Origin: Lepidodermella squamata
Lineage: Eukaryota; Animalia; Gastrotricha
Direction: 5' to 3'
NCBI GenBank assembly: GCA_047495785.1
Contig: JBLDXI010000040.1
Location: 322,184-386,183, forward strand
Length of the DNA stretch: 64,000 bases
In this document: piece after piece, positions 38,896 through 51,589 of the stretch
How the letters are laid out: each line of letters begins with the position of its first letter
How positions within the stretch are numbered: the first letter of the stretch is position 1
Notes under the pieces: generated by a model
The model's database searches: none
Seen by the model: the letters and a program-made list of their open reading frames with translations, nothing else
What the model was told of the DNA's origin: nothing
Translations under genes and position numbers: made by a program

Positions 38896-39794
38896 CAGTG
38901 ACAGCGAAAAAAGCTGCTCGCTCTTCGGTATGCCTGATGACCGCGCGCCTCGTTGAAAAAGTGTTGGGGTGGTTTTAGAAGACGGAAAAATGCTGTTTAA
39001 TAAATATTATCTAATAATTTATTATCGAAAATATATCTTTTCAATGAGATCTGAGGTCGGACACCCTATCATGGTAATTGAAAAATGATATGGCGAGACT
39101 AGGATGTAGAAAGTATCACAGTGATGTAAAAAAAGTTTTTGGTGTAGTGAAGACGTCGATCTTCACAATGCCTGACGTAGCAATACAGATTTCTCGCACA
39201 AGAAAAAAAATGGTCCGAATTCGGGGATGCATAATTGATTATTACAAGCAATTCTATCATCCGAATTCATACCCCTGGGGCCTGCTAATTCGGGGGGTTA
39301 ACCGAAATTAGGGGTTCGAAATTAATTATTCTCATAGGCATAAATTCGGACCTTGGCAATTATTTAATGCAATTTTTGAAAAAAATCTGTCAATATTCAG
39401 CGAATATTTTATAGTTTTAAAATGATATTTATTTTTCAAAATTCAAGTATACCTGGTTGTACCAGGCAACAAGGTAACTGATGGCTCCGAGACCCTATAA
39501 GGTAACCGGGGACATGGGTCAGAGATTCTCCACCCAGGACTACCCGGCAACCAGTGATACTACCAACCAACACTATTACCAAATTCCTTGCAGAAGTGTG
39601 GGTTTATTAAGTAATGTTAGCAAAAAACAATCTCTCAGCCCGCAGGCTAAATAGAAATGACCGGACTTAGAGTGGTCCTTTAGTTTTAGCAATATTTAAT
39701 ATTCACAGCTACGGCCTCGTGTATTAAGCGAGGTCGACGGAATTACAGAAAAACTATATATACAATGTTATATGAGTTAATATACAAGGAAGCT

Positions 39795-39965
39795 TCCATC
39801 CAACGCCTCGGGCCGCCGCTTTGCGCGTGCCGCCACCCGAGGCCCAACCGCTGCCTGCATCGACGAAAATGTACAAGAAGTCCAACAACCGCCAGAGGTA
39901 CCAACAACCAACAACACATCGCCTCGGGCCGCCGCTTGGTGCGTGCCGCCACCCGAGGCCCATCC
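39795..39965. repeat. Two direct GC-rich repeat units
   Basis: CGCCTCGGGCCGCCGCTT(T/G)G(C/T)GCGTGCCGCCACCCGAGGCCCA occurs at ~39803 and ~39920. Confidence 0.8.
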
Positions 39966-40454
39966 GCTACCAGGATCGACGGTCACCGCCGAACTGCATC
40001 AACGATCAGCAAGCTGAGGTCCATGACTCTTAGGTTCATGTCTCAGTAGTACAATTCAATTTAAAGAATCTAGGATCTAGGACAAAAATAGAAAACATAG
40101 CCGGACTTGAACCGGGGCCTCTCACGGCACTAAACCAAAGACGATTTAAACCGGACCCGAACCGATGCCTTTCACACACAGAGAGAATTTGAAAAGAGAA
40201 TTTGAAAAGAACTAAAGGGACTAGAGAAAGATATAAGATACAAGAGAGGAACCCAGAGGGAACCTACTGCGCACGGATTGCAGCTATCCGCCGCTAGTCA
40301 GGAACCGGAAAGGCCCGGCCGCGCAGGGAGCGATGTTACCTTGCACCGCCACCCACAACGAACCGGTCCTCCCCGCGACAAGCTGCGCTCGGGCCGTTGC
40401 TTCCGTGGACCGCCACCCGCCGCTGGCTAGCCGCCTCTAACACCCGACAGTAAC

Positions 40455-40812
40455 CTAAACAGCTAAAATCGTAGGGAGTCGATCATCTGACGTTCGAATA
40501 GCCGGTAGAGGACCAGCGCCCAGAAGATGGTCTAGAAAGAAACGAACCGGCGATTTACTCTCCGGCATGGGCCTATCGCGACTCTGGCGAACTATTCCGC
40601 CTAGCACACTACCTGCTTCGAGCGCCCTGTTGAAACAATGGAACGACAAGCTGGACAAACGGTCTTGGATTACTTGGAAGTCGGGAAACGTCGCCTGCAG
40701 TCGCCGCTGATAAAGTTGATCCGGGCACCGACGGGGGAGCCCCAAGATGATCTTGAGGGCCCGCCTCTCTAGGACCGCCAGATCTTGAGGGCCCGCCTCT
40801 CTAGGACCGCCA
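40455..40812 (-). pseudogene. 3' fragment of a non-LTR retrotransposon ORF2 (post-RT region), 5'-truncated
   Basis: LAVLERRALKIILGLPRRCPDQLYQ..IQDRL resembles the L..LQ..ALR.I.G.P motif that follows RT. A 32-bp tandem duplication (40749-40812) marks the truncation point. Confidence 0.55.
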
Positions 40813-41379
40813 GTGCATGAATCTAAGTGATAGTCGCGAGTGAATCTATGCCAATTTTTCAGCGAGTGGACCTTCGTTCATGAATACGACTCGGACTCGG
40901 TGCCTAATTAGCATATGCACACATGGAATATTACAAAAATTCTGGAGTTTTTGATTCAATTATTCATCCCCTAATATCATACCGCCTAATTCGAGGGATG
41001 CTCAATTAGTATGGTATGAATTCATAGCTCTGAAAAAACAGCACTTTGCAACCCCCTGATTTTAGGGCCTACCCCGGAATTCAGATGGAGCACCCCCTGA
41101 TTTCGGACCATATTTTTTCTAGTGCGGTGACTCGGTGACTCGGGAGTGGGTGACACACAGCTGGCCGTGCGAAAACGCCTCACACTGACGCAGAGCCAAC
41201 AAAAGTCAACAAAAGTCAGGGCCAGACTGTCAAATGTGTTGGACAGTCTGGCCCTGACTTTTGTTGATAGCTGAACGCAAGTCGTACGGGAAACTGACGC
41301 CTCTGAATCACCACAGGAGCCCCATCTTGATCTATCCGGAATTCGTGGAATTTGAACGATCGATCCAGCTGAATTTCCA

Positions 41380-43825
41380 ATTAAAATTTAACCCTAGATG
41401 ACGTTGTGACGAAGTCGCTGAAAAGTTAACCAGGTGCCGTTACAAAGGCCGGAAGCAGGGTCAAGGTTGCGCAGTAAAATGATGGCCGCGCCTTGTTTCA
41501 GCAACAACCGATGAGGAGGAAGGCTGGAGGGAGTAAACTTGATTAGCAGTTCGGTGGGGTAAAACTGTCGCTGATTGGGATCTTAAACGGAGTCGGCACT
41601 CAGGTAGACAAATTCCTTGCCTGAAATGTGGAAATTAGTTAACAATTCTTTATATGAACAGAAGAAGTAGCTTACTTGGAAGATCCTTGCAGCAAGTAAA
41701 CACCGCTCGGCCAGGTAATTTCGTTCGGCAAATCGGGTTTTCAAGTCGCCATAAATTGTATCTTGGCTGTTCTCTGTTCGTCATTCAATAACGGCGTCTT
41801 TTCCTCCTCAAATCACGTAACTCGTCGTGATTGAACTCGGTTTCCTCGCTGATAACCTCGAAAACATGCTCTTTAAAACGGCGGGCAGATACATGCCTGG
41901 ATTGTCGGACAGAGATTTGCTATGATAGCCGAGGGAGATCTCCATAAGGGCAAGCGCCTTATTGCGAATTTGATCGGTAACAAAGTTCATTCCCTCATTG
42001 TGCAGGATATCAGCACACAGCTCGGGTTCGAACTGTTGCCATAGATCGTAAGGGTTAGGCGGATTTGAATAAACCTAATGCATGGCAAACAATCTGCAGC
42101 TGCCTCGGCATTCGAAATAGTGCAGCTTCGATTAAGCTGTGCTCTACTTCGTCGTCATTTTCAAGCAAACCGCATTATTGAAAGTGGGGAAGACAGTATT
42201 GCCAACTTTTCGGACGCCTTCGAAGCTCTGAGGTCCCTTGACGACATGCAGAGGCAGTCGCAGACAAGACCAACACATCCGTGTCCCTTTTTCCGGCGAT
42301 TCCATTTCCTCACCTCTCACCTTGGGATTCCATGTTGTCAAATCGCGGCAAACCTGTGGATAAGTCAAGTCGCGAGCAGACGGGTCAAGCAGACGGGTTC
42401 CGTAGCTGTAATGTTGTCATTATTGCGGTCGTCGTTGACGGGAATGTCCTCAGCAAAATCGCCTCGAGGAAAGATAAGAGAGTATCTCAGCGTAGGTAAT
42501 TTGGATTTCGCTCATTGATACGAAATAGACTATGGAAGTAGATGTCCAGCTCGCAGTCGCAAAACTAATCTGCCCAATCTGCTCATGGTAGAATAACGGC
42601 AAGTTCCTTGGCGGTAGGTAAATTATATCTTCGCCGGTCAACGTTTCGATCAGTTTTCAGAACTCCTCAGTATTTCGGCGGCGTACTTGCACATGTGAAC
42701 AAAAGGATTTTGATGCATTACTTCTTTCAGAGTGGCAATAACAACTGGATTCAAGTCAGGCATGTGATTGAGGCGGTTGTTTATTTCGTTCTCGCGGTTG
42801 TAAATGTAGAGCTGTGCAAATTTTGGGATTCCATCTTCAGGTTCCAACGGGCCATGGCGATGTGTCATTTAACCGTGAATTCGGAAATCGGAAATCGGCC
42901 ATTGGCTACCGTGTCGTCAAGCTGAACACCCACTGAAGTGATCGCGAAATTGTTGTAGGCGCGTATCAATTGCCGAAATTCAACGCAATGTTCATCGTTA
43001 AAAGTTACGAGGCGTAACAGATCAACAGGAACCGGCTGGGTTTGAGGCAGATCAAATTTTCCCCGGCCGCAACACATGAAGAATTCTGGGTAGGTTTTAG
43101 AGCCATCGACTTTTTCCTCCAACGTCGGAGAATGGGGAAGAGCCTACGGTCGATTTGAAAATCTGAATAAAGCAGGTTGAGGAGTTTGAGCAGTTGAATT
43201 GGCATAGCTTTGAGCACCCGAACTTGAATGATCGGAGTATGGGGCATTGGTGGTTGCTGTCCAAGTGCCGGAATAGCATTGACTACGAAAGATGTTTCGT
43301 CATAAACGTAAAATACTTTGAAATGTAGTTCACCTGTTATCGGTTCTTCAAAGGGATTAGTGAAGGAGTTTGCTAACTCGTTAACAGGTTGCAGAACTGT
43401 TCTGGTGATAGGCCTGAGTTGAGCCACTCCTGGTCGCGGCCAAGGTGGTGGGCTGGGTAATGGAGTGCCCGCAGATGGGAGATGGGGCAACAGGCGGGGG
43501 TTTGAAACTCGTGTTGGAGGCCATATAGGCGGGCTACATAGCTGAGATGCTGAGTAATCCGGCCTAAGCGCCGGTGTCGTTAATATCACTACTGATAAAT
43601 CACATAATCGCTATCACATAAAAAGGTTTCAAGTAAAAACATACGATTAGTAGCGGTGACAAAAGTATTAGGAGATCCTGCAACGCTATTAACGGCCCGA
43701 AAGGGTCGTGTTGGGATGTAGTTAGCCTGAGCTTGTCTCGGCGCAGGACAAGTAGCAGCAGGCTGTGGTGCGGGATGAATTCGAGGACGACCGCGCGGTC
43801 TGCTGGCTGGGGTGGATTTGAACAA
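41380..43825 (-). mobile_element. Degenerate, internally deleted Helitron Rep/PIF1-helicase
   Basis: FFMCCGRGK, EFRQLIRAYNN.FA.TSVG, HRHGPLEP..PKFAQLYIY, NPFV, V.GPQSFE.VR.V..VFPTF, LNDEQR, and PIF1-type FYPTELL..PSSLPPHRLLLKQGAAIILLRNLDPASGLCNGT. Many frameshifts; an AT-hook-like RPRGRPR lies upstream. Confidence 0.88.
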
Positions 43826-44639
43826 CCTGGTGCTCAGCGGGGTGGAACAGATGTTTCGACTAGATCTCGACAGCTCGACAGCTCGCTTAAAAGTTAAACA
43901 GCTATCTATAACAAAGATTTAATACTATTTAATACTTATTACTCAACGAAGAACTAACCAAAAGTATTCACAACAAAAAGGCTAGAATAATAAGATACAA
44001 GCGGAAATAATGAATCTGACATCTGACTGGTGTTTCGCACTGAAAGGATTAGGTTAGAAAGGCAAGCTGAGCGAAGGTCGAATTGGCCGTAGATGTTTCA
44101 ATCGGAAAATAATGTCTCTGTTACAGTGAAACTAGTGGAGTGAGAGGAGTGAAAGGAGTGAAACTAGTGGTTAGCATAGTGGATTGTAAATCGTACTTAC
44201 CCCGGGGAATGAAGTCGATTAAGTACTTTCTTTGTCTTTGAAACAGCGGTTTTGCACCGAAGCTATCAATATTTAACCATTTAGCAAAGTTCCAGCGGTG
44301 TTCCAGCGGGAAATCCATAAAAAGTATTTACAATTATCTAAACCAGCACAAGAGAAGATGTTCTTTGTAGACCGCCTGGACTTGTATTTGAGAATTTACG
44401 GTACTTACGTGTACTGATCAGTTACTCACGCGCTGTGCCTTGGAGGCGAAACACTGACTTTCAGAGAAAGCATCCGCTGTGCTTTCAGAGACAAGCAACA
44501 TCAAGCTTCTAAATTCAGTTGAGTTTCGGCATTTTCTAGACGCTGCGTTAGTCCTTTTGTTATTTTATTCTATTTTCATCATCAAATTTTTTTGCTGCAA
44601 AACAGATAGTTTCAATGGGCTTTGTATACACGTCATTTG

Positions 44640-45210
44640 TAACTTTTGCTCAGCTTTATTTTCCATTTTATGCGCCGTTTTTCTCGGCGGAGAGAAGCCT
44701 CATCCAACTCACGTTTATTATGTTCGGATATCACCACTACGTATCAAATTGTTTGTGTTGTTCGCGCGCTCCGGCTGTAATTGAGTCGCCGCATGGCTCC
44801 AGTGTTTAATAGCTGTTACGTGGCATGCGTTCATTTCTCTCAACCAACCCACCTCATCATGTTGCGTACGGCGAAGGTAGTCTATAAGCGTCCGGATGAA
44901 TCCGAGAGAAATTTCATAACGTAGTTCATCTCCACATCCATGGAACCCTTGGTAATTATCTTCTCACTAATTCTTAAACGTTTCGTTCTTGACATCTGAA
45001 AGTGAACAAAAAAACTTGCCATTTTTTGTATAAAAATGACGCAAGCTTCGAGTATCATCACCATGCACTGAGACGAACCCGGCGTCCCTTGCAATTGATC
45101 CTGTGGACGCAACTTTCTTGACGCCTGCGGTCGAACCAGCTGAAAAATTAGGCTAGCTACACACGTGGCGCCGTAATCGCGTCCACATTGACAAAGAACA
45201 AAGTTCATAA
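44640..45210 (-). repeat. Degenerate repeat (P-element-associated), left arm of an inverted pair
   Basis: Homologous to 46830-47508 (inverted) and to 51160-51565 and 56500-56690 (direct); shared TTCTTGACAT..AAAG..CAAAAAACT.GCCATTTTTTG and CGGATGAATC.GAGAGAAATTTCAT. Confidence 0.75.
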
Positions 45211-45362
45211 AAAAAATTGGCGAAGTGTATATAAACAGGCGAAACTGGAGAATATCAGCCATTTTTCAAGGAAGATCTTTCCAACCTGTGAGAAAAGTTC
45301 ATACAGCAAACCTTTTTGCGCTGTTTTCTACGTTTCTTCAGAATTTTGCTCCGATACAACTC

Positions 45363-46527
45363 ATGGAATCGTTTGTTCTTGCCATCCTGGCCGCTGTCTG
45401 TTCTGTTGCCGCTGCCTGCCCTGCAGCGACCACAACACCAAGCCCGACTTGCCCTAGTGGCCACTCTTGTTTATCGACAAGCAATCCGTGCCCAAATGGC
45501 CAGTCTTGTTTATCGGCAAGCAACGCGTGCCCTAGTGACCAGTCCTGTTTATCGACAAGCAATCCGTGCCCTAGTGGCCAGTCTTGTTTATCGGCAAGCA
45601 GTCAGTGTAGCTCTGGATCTTCGTGTGTGGCATCGGCTAACGTATGCGATTCGACTGCAAACAATTGCGTGCCGAAATCTGCATCCTCGTGTCCAAGTGG
45701 CCAGTCATGCACACCGGCAGCAAATATATGCGACGCCACTTCGAAAAATTGCATTTTGAAAACAGCAACACAATGCCCGACTGGGCAAGCCTGCGCAAGC
45801 GCTGTTAGTTTGGGTCTTTTTGTTAAATACGCTGAATTAAAATTTCAGAAATCAAATTTAAAAGGATTAAATATTGAATACGTTTATATCGACCCAGTCC
45901 ACACTAAAATTGAATTATTGGACTCATTAACTATAATGTGCAATTATTTTCTCGCAGCCATCATTCGTTCTTTGCAACATCCCATATACGCAAGTCGACT
46001 ATCCTGCAACCAAGGATAATGTCTTTTTTTGCATGTCCAACGGAGGAGCTTGCGACTCAATTTTGACCAATGCAGGTCCCGTTGGTGAGGTACCTACTAG
46101 CTTCACAACTTTCGATGCGTGTTGCAAAGCCACAACGAAAACACTTGCCAACATCCGATACGAATGGCTGCCCCAATCTGCCACTGCTGCCCCTGTGCAG
46201 GTATGCGTGGGCGCTCAATCCAGCACTCCTTACATTGTCACTGGCGTTGAATACAAGGCCAGCGCAGGCGAATGCGTTCGCTTCCCGCACACCGCTTCGT
46301 CAGGCGCTAATGTCCAGGTGACTGGTACTCTGGTGAGTTATTTCCCCACGTGAAGATACTATTCAGTGATTGAAATTCTGTTACAGAAAACTAAAGGTGG
46401 CCTCTACGCCTTCGAATCTTTCCATGCTTGTTGCCTAGCCCTCGGCAATGCTCCTGGAGCTCAGTCGGTTGGTACAGCATCAGCCTATGGCGTTTCTAAC
46501 TTCGACAAGTGCACAGGCGCCAACTAA
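45363..46527 (+). CDS. Secreted Cys/Ser/Ala/Thr-rich repeat protein
   Basis: TATA-like TATATAAA at ~45228; signal peptide MESFVLAILAAVCSVAAA; tandem 13-aa CPSGQSCLSxSNx repeats; introns 45804-45957 and 46333-46386 splice in frame; C-terminal region has two F..F.ACC motifs; stop TAA ending at 46527. Confidence 0.88.
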
Positions 46528-46829
46528 GCAGCAACGCTTTATTGACAAAAAGAACCAAGTTTGATGAAACAAACGATCGACTTCTATCATGATAAAAATT
46601 GCGTCGCTTAAAGAATAATGTTTCTAGATTATTGTTCTTGAACAAAAAAGTAGGATTAGCTGTAGAAAAATGGTCCAAATACGCTGATTTAATAAAAGCA
46701 TGAAAAAATGCTTTTGGGCTGTGTTTGAGATTCAGTTTATTTCGATTATACGTCGCCAACCCGGATACAGCAGTATCAAATGTCCGGAAACCAGGACAAA
46801 AACCTGTTGTCCCAAATCTTGGAAGCTGG

Positions 46830-47508
46830 CGCCAAGAAAGTTGCGGCCACATGGTCAATTACAAGGAACGGCGGGTTTGTCTCAGTGCATGGTGATGGTA
46901 CTCGAAGCTTTTGTTATTTTTAATGGGATGTCATTTCTCAATTAGCTCAATTTTTTCTCAATTAGTTAACCGCAACCGGCAATTAGTTTCTGACGAGTTA
47001 GACTTGAAATAAAAATCTGGAAAATTCACCAAAATGTGCCGCTCAAAAAGTTACTGTAAAGACCTCTTTTCAGCGTTCTAGAATGATTTTTAAGGATGCA
47101 TGGTGAGCATTGTCTCAAATGACAAAAACTTCGTAAAAATCATTTGTGATAGTCGGCGCCCGTTTGAAAAAAGCTTTTGTTTACTTTCAGATGTCAAGAA
47201 CAAAGAGTTAGGAATTAGTGGGATGATCAAGGGCTACATGGACGTGGAGATGAACTGCGTCATGAAATTTCTCTCGGATTCATCCGTACACTTATAGAGT
47301 AGGTACAAACGCAACAGCCTCGTCGTCGTCCATGATGAGATGGGTTCGTTGACAGAAACGAACAACGATACGCATGGCACGTAACAGCTACCTATTTTCG
47401 ATACGGCATAGTGATATCCAAACATAATAAGCGTCATGCAAGTGAGTGGGATGAGGCTTCTCTCCACCGAGAAAAACGGCGCATAGAATGGAAAAGCAAA
47501 AGTTGTAA
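46830..47508 (+). repeat. Inverted copy of 44640-45130 (right arm)
   Basis: CAAGAAAGTTGCG, CAGATGTCAAGAAC, GTGGAGATGAACT and GAGGCTTCTCTCC.CCGAGAAAAACGGCGCATA are reverse complements of left-arm blocks. Confidence 0.8.
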
Positions 47509-47854
47509 CTTGCCAATCCTAACCCTAACCCTAACACTAATCCTGACCCAAACCCAGTTTTAGTTCTAACCTAATCCTAAACTAACGCTAACTCTAATCC
47601 TGCCCACAGCCCTCACCCTAACTTCAACCTTAGCCTCCACCTAAATATTAACCTTGTCCCCATTTACTCTTGAGGCAGTAACTTTAGCCATACGACACAT
47701 GTCCCACCCTGGTCGTAACCCTAGATTAAACTCTAACCCAAAGGTAATCCCTAAACCTATAAAAATCTACACCCAGTTTCTGTCACAACTCTTGCCTAAG
47801 ATTTCATATGAACTGTGGCCTTGACCATGTTCCTAACTCTGCTCTAGAACATAA

Positions 47855-48095
47855 CCCGTATCAACAGTATTTCGTCTCCGTAAGATGAAATATGCTAATG
47901 AGCACTTTTCATTGTGAAATCACGCCCTGAACAATGAAAAGAGCTCATTAGCATACAGTGAAAGTTGTTCAAACCGGACCGGTCTAAACCGGACTTTCTC
48001 TAAACCGGACGATTTTGCCTGGCGCGACCTTAGTCCGGTTTAGACAACTTTCACTGTATTTTATCTCATGGAATACAAAAAATTGTTGATACGGG
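47855..48095. mobile_element. Small palindromic MITE (host of the next element)
   Basis: CCCGTATCAACA / TGTTGATACGGG termini; internal TGCTAATGAGC / GCTCATTAGCA inverted repeat. Confidence 0.7.
47956..48056. mobile_element. 101-bp Tc1/mariner-pogo-like MITE
   Basis: TA-CAGTGAAAGTTGT..ACAACTTTCACTG-TA with internal TAAACCGGAC repeats. Confidence 0.85.
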
Positions 48096-48102
48096 AAGTT
48101 AA

Positions 48103-48504
48103 CCCTTAGCCGCCGGCGCAATGACGTGTTAACTCGAGCACCTTTCAGAAAATCCCAGAAAATCAAGAAGAGGCTAAAATCGAATTCTGAGTCGGCAGAA
48201 AGTCTTACATTTAGCCTTAGATTAAAAGCCGAACCTCTTTTTCTGAAGAAACTTACCTGGGTGGCCGTTGCTATGACGTGTTAACGCGTTTTCATGACGT
48301 GTTAACAAGTCATTTAAAATTTTTCTCACTATTTTCGACCTAGTCGGAATGGCTTTGAAAATTTGGATTTTCGGGGAGTGCTTGTTTCTTGCTATTGATT
48401 TATCATAATTTATGACGCAACAATGGGTTCGATTGCCCAAATCCTCCGACCACGGTGAATTTTCTCCGGAATTAACGCGTGTACACGTCTTCGGCGGCTA
48501 AGGG
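48103..48504. mobile_element. piggyBac-like MITE
   Basis: TTAA-CCCTTAGCCGCCG..CGGCGGCTAAGGG-TTAA. Confidence 0.88.
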
Positions 48505-50341
48505 TTAACCTAAACCCATCCTTCACCTATTTTCCCACCAAACTTTCGCATTTATCCCCATGCCTAACATTCAAGATCAAGCCACAACAACAGCCATAAC
48601 CACTCTTACAATGGCTGATGGTTTCTACTCAGCCCGTTGCATAAGCTCTACATTTAGAATATAATAAATATTCGCCAATTTAACATGTATTGTAAGAAGT
48701 TGTATAATCTTCGGTCAAAAATTAATTTAAAACATAGCGGTACCAATGCTCCTGCTGTCATTTGGCAAGGGATTTGCGCGTTATCTCGTTGTTGCGAGAG
48801 TTGCTTGCTTCCTCGCTGTTCTATGAACCAGCTTAATTAGCCACGCTGTTCAACTCGCAGCCGAAATTGGCGTAGTTATCAGCTCGCCGAAAAAAATACG
48901 GGCTAATCACTGCGCTTGTGATAACCTCGACCGTGGGGCTTTGATTCACTCATTTACAGGTCATTTTTATACTGGATCATTAAAGGTCGTCATGCCAAAA
49001 GCGATCTAATTCCCTCAAATTGTAGTAACGCTTTATTTATTAGATTGCTGCAGTAGATGAATAAAGATTAAAGTATCATTGCCAATGGCTAATGGGGACG
49101 GGCCAATTGTCAAGTGCAAAGCCATTCGGACGATTTCTTCGATAAAGGCAGCCGAGTTCTCACGGCATTTTGATGAATATTGCTATGTAGTCCGATTCAA
49201 ATCAAGGCATCGTGTATTTCGGTCGTATTCGGCATCGTGTATTCGTCCGCAGATGGCTTTGAAGCCAAATGTCGGTGAAAATTCGAAAAATTTGACAACC
49301 ACATCGGCCTATATTATCTAAGATAATAGAAAACACCGCTGCGGTTGCCAGGAATCGAACCCAAGTCGCCTTGAACCGGGAGACACCGAGTGGCATTGCA
49401 GCGAGGAAAGTAGCACCAGGGACGCCAGGGACGCCAGGGACGACGAGGGTAGTACCAGGGACGCGTACCTGGTAGGTTGGAGGGTCAAGGCGTCCTCGCC
49501 AGGGACGCTGAAATCCCCGGTGGGTTGGCTGATAGAGCGTAGTTCTATCGCAAAATGAGTGTAGCCAAGGCTATTTTCAGCCTTATTTAAGGCAAAATAT
49601 CTTAAGCTTTGCTCGCTATAATCATAGCGCATGCTAATATGAAATTTGCGCTCGACTTTCAGAGTAGAACATAAGTATTAATTTGAGTTGAAAACTTCAT
49701 TCGTAACCAACTTGTAAAAATAAATTTTATTCATCACAAGGTGATAAGTTTCAAGTCCATCATAGGTTAATTAAGGTCAATTTCGTTTGTTATTTTTGAA
49801 ATAGTACGAGATGTTGAGTATTTTCAGGCCATTCTTGCTGCAAAATTTCTAAAACTTGCTCGCTTCGCTCGCATAACACTGGTGGAAAGTAACATTCGAA
49901 GTTCCCACTCAAATGAAAATTTCAGGCTAATCAGGGGCGAAAAACTGTGGGAAAAGAACAGCGGAATTCGCAAACTAGGGTTCTTGATACTCAATTATAT
50001 GAAATACGCTGTGTTCGCGAGCGAGCACAGCGAGCGAGCGGCAAATTTTTTTATAGATCAACTCTGCGTCCCTGGCAGGTTGGCCGGCCTACTTTCCTCG
50101 CTGTGGCATTGTGCTGCATCCAGCTTATCCAGCCACCACGCAAACCGGCCATGAACCTAACGTCATATCGAGCAATGTATGAGACATGTCACTACTACGA
50201 ACCCAGCCTAAAATGTAATACATATACTCACCGCCACCTACTGCTTCTTGCCACGCCCTCGCCCTGTAGGCTTTGCCGAGCTAGGCGAAGAAATGCCAGT
50301 AGCGTTGTAAAGCCGCATTCGCAGCGGCAACGCGTCGATCG

Positions 50342-51090
50342 CTATTCAGGATCTCGGTTGCAGCGGACGGCACGCGACGAAAACAGCATTCGAACGTACT
50401 GCGCGACACCTCGAACTCGTGTTTCATCGAAATGCGGCAGATACGCGACCATTAGATCGTCGAAATTATCATCGAGAATATGACCTGCGTTGTCAGGATG
50501 GCAAATTGCGGTCAAAATGCTCTCGACATGGATATGCGGATGAACGAGACCGCCGCGGCTGCACTGGGCGACCCACTCGTCCCGCTCGATGTTAGCCGAG
50601 TCTGTGCCAAGTCCATGGCGGCGCGTGATAAAACCGGCCATGTAAGACAACGACAGCGGATTACGTCCAAGGTCGGCTGGAATACCCACTTTGAGAAAAT
50701 TAGCAGCTTTGATTTTCGCGAGTGCTTCATTCTTCAGCTTTCGCATGGTCGTATTGCAACGAATGCCGCCGATGTGTTTTTTTCACTCGGACATTTGAGC
50801 CACCAGGAATGCCGAAAACTGGGCTGGCAATTAGCAACTTGGCCGCATAAACCAAAATGTCAAAAACTGAAGGGTTAGTTTTCCGCCTCCGCATTGACGA
50901 AATTGGCCGAGAGTTGCTCGAGACCGTCTTGGTTAAATCGATTAGCCATCACAAACTGAACGTTCAATTGAAGACATAATCGGGCGACATTAGGAAAATT
51001 GGTCGAAGTCAGAATGAACCCCTTGAAGGTGGCCTCGTTGAATGCCGTTCTGTAATTCGGTAAAACGAACTCGCACGCATATTAGGTTGA
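50342..51090 (-). pseudogene. P-element/THAP9-type transposase C-terminal relic
   Basis: FNEATFKGFILTS..FVMANRFNQDGLEQL/GQFRQCGGGKTNPSV (catalytic-E region, frameshifted), then YMAGFITRRH..WVAQCSRGGLVHP. Confidence 0.82.
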
Positions 51091-51589
51091 CCGGTATAAC
51101 ATATTTTCAATCTTCTAACCCAGTATCAGTAAATTCTTCGTATGACTTCGGAAAATTACCAACTCGGATGAATCTAAGAGAAATTTCATAAACCATTTTA
51201 TGTCCAGGTCCGTGAATCACTGGGTAATTATCTAACACGTAAACGTTTCGCTCTTGACATTTGAAAGTAACCAAAAAACTCGTTATTTTTGTGAAAAAAT
51301 TACGCTACAGCAGAAGATACATATGCCTTAAAGGCAACTGCGCATTAAAAATTAATGACAATAAACGTCGACAATAAACCAAGCACTGAGAGGAGGCCGG
51401 CGTCTTTTGTAATTGATCATGTGCCAGCCACACGCCGGGTTCGTCATGTGGCCGCAACTTTCTTGACGCCTGCTGTCGAATCGCAGCTGAACAATTATTA
51501 GGTTAGCTGCGCATTGGGCGTCGTAATTGTGGTCACATTGACAAAGAACAAAGTTCATAAAAAAAACACCCAAAGCAGTAATACTTGCC

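Larger units (their letters stand above)
39197..41124. mobile_element. CACTA/EnSpm-like non-autonomous element with nested insertion(s)
   Basis: Termini CACAAGAAAAAAAATGGTCCGAA and TTCGGACCATATTTTTTCTAGTG; 2-bp CG duplication; subterminal AATTCGGGG repeats. Confidence 0.72.
47515..49205 (+). repeat. Dispersed repeat, copy 2, with CCCTAA-like head and nested MITEs
   Basis: Collinear with 37612-38895 apart from insertions at 47855-48504. Confidence 0.85.

Noticed and set aside
49335-49395. tRNA-like 3' half on the minus strand (GGGTTCGATTCC)
   Set aside because: No D-arm or matching acceptor stem; at most a SINE or tRNA relic.
50066-50110. HDV-ribozyme-like GGCCGGC..TCCTCGC (related inverted copy near 49395-49430)
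   Set aside because: No P1' or P2 complementarity at the required positions.
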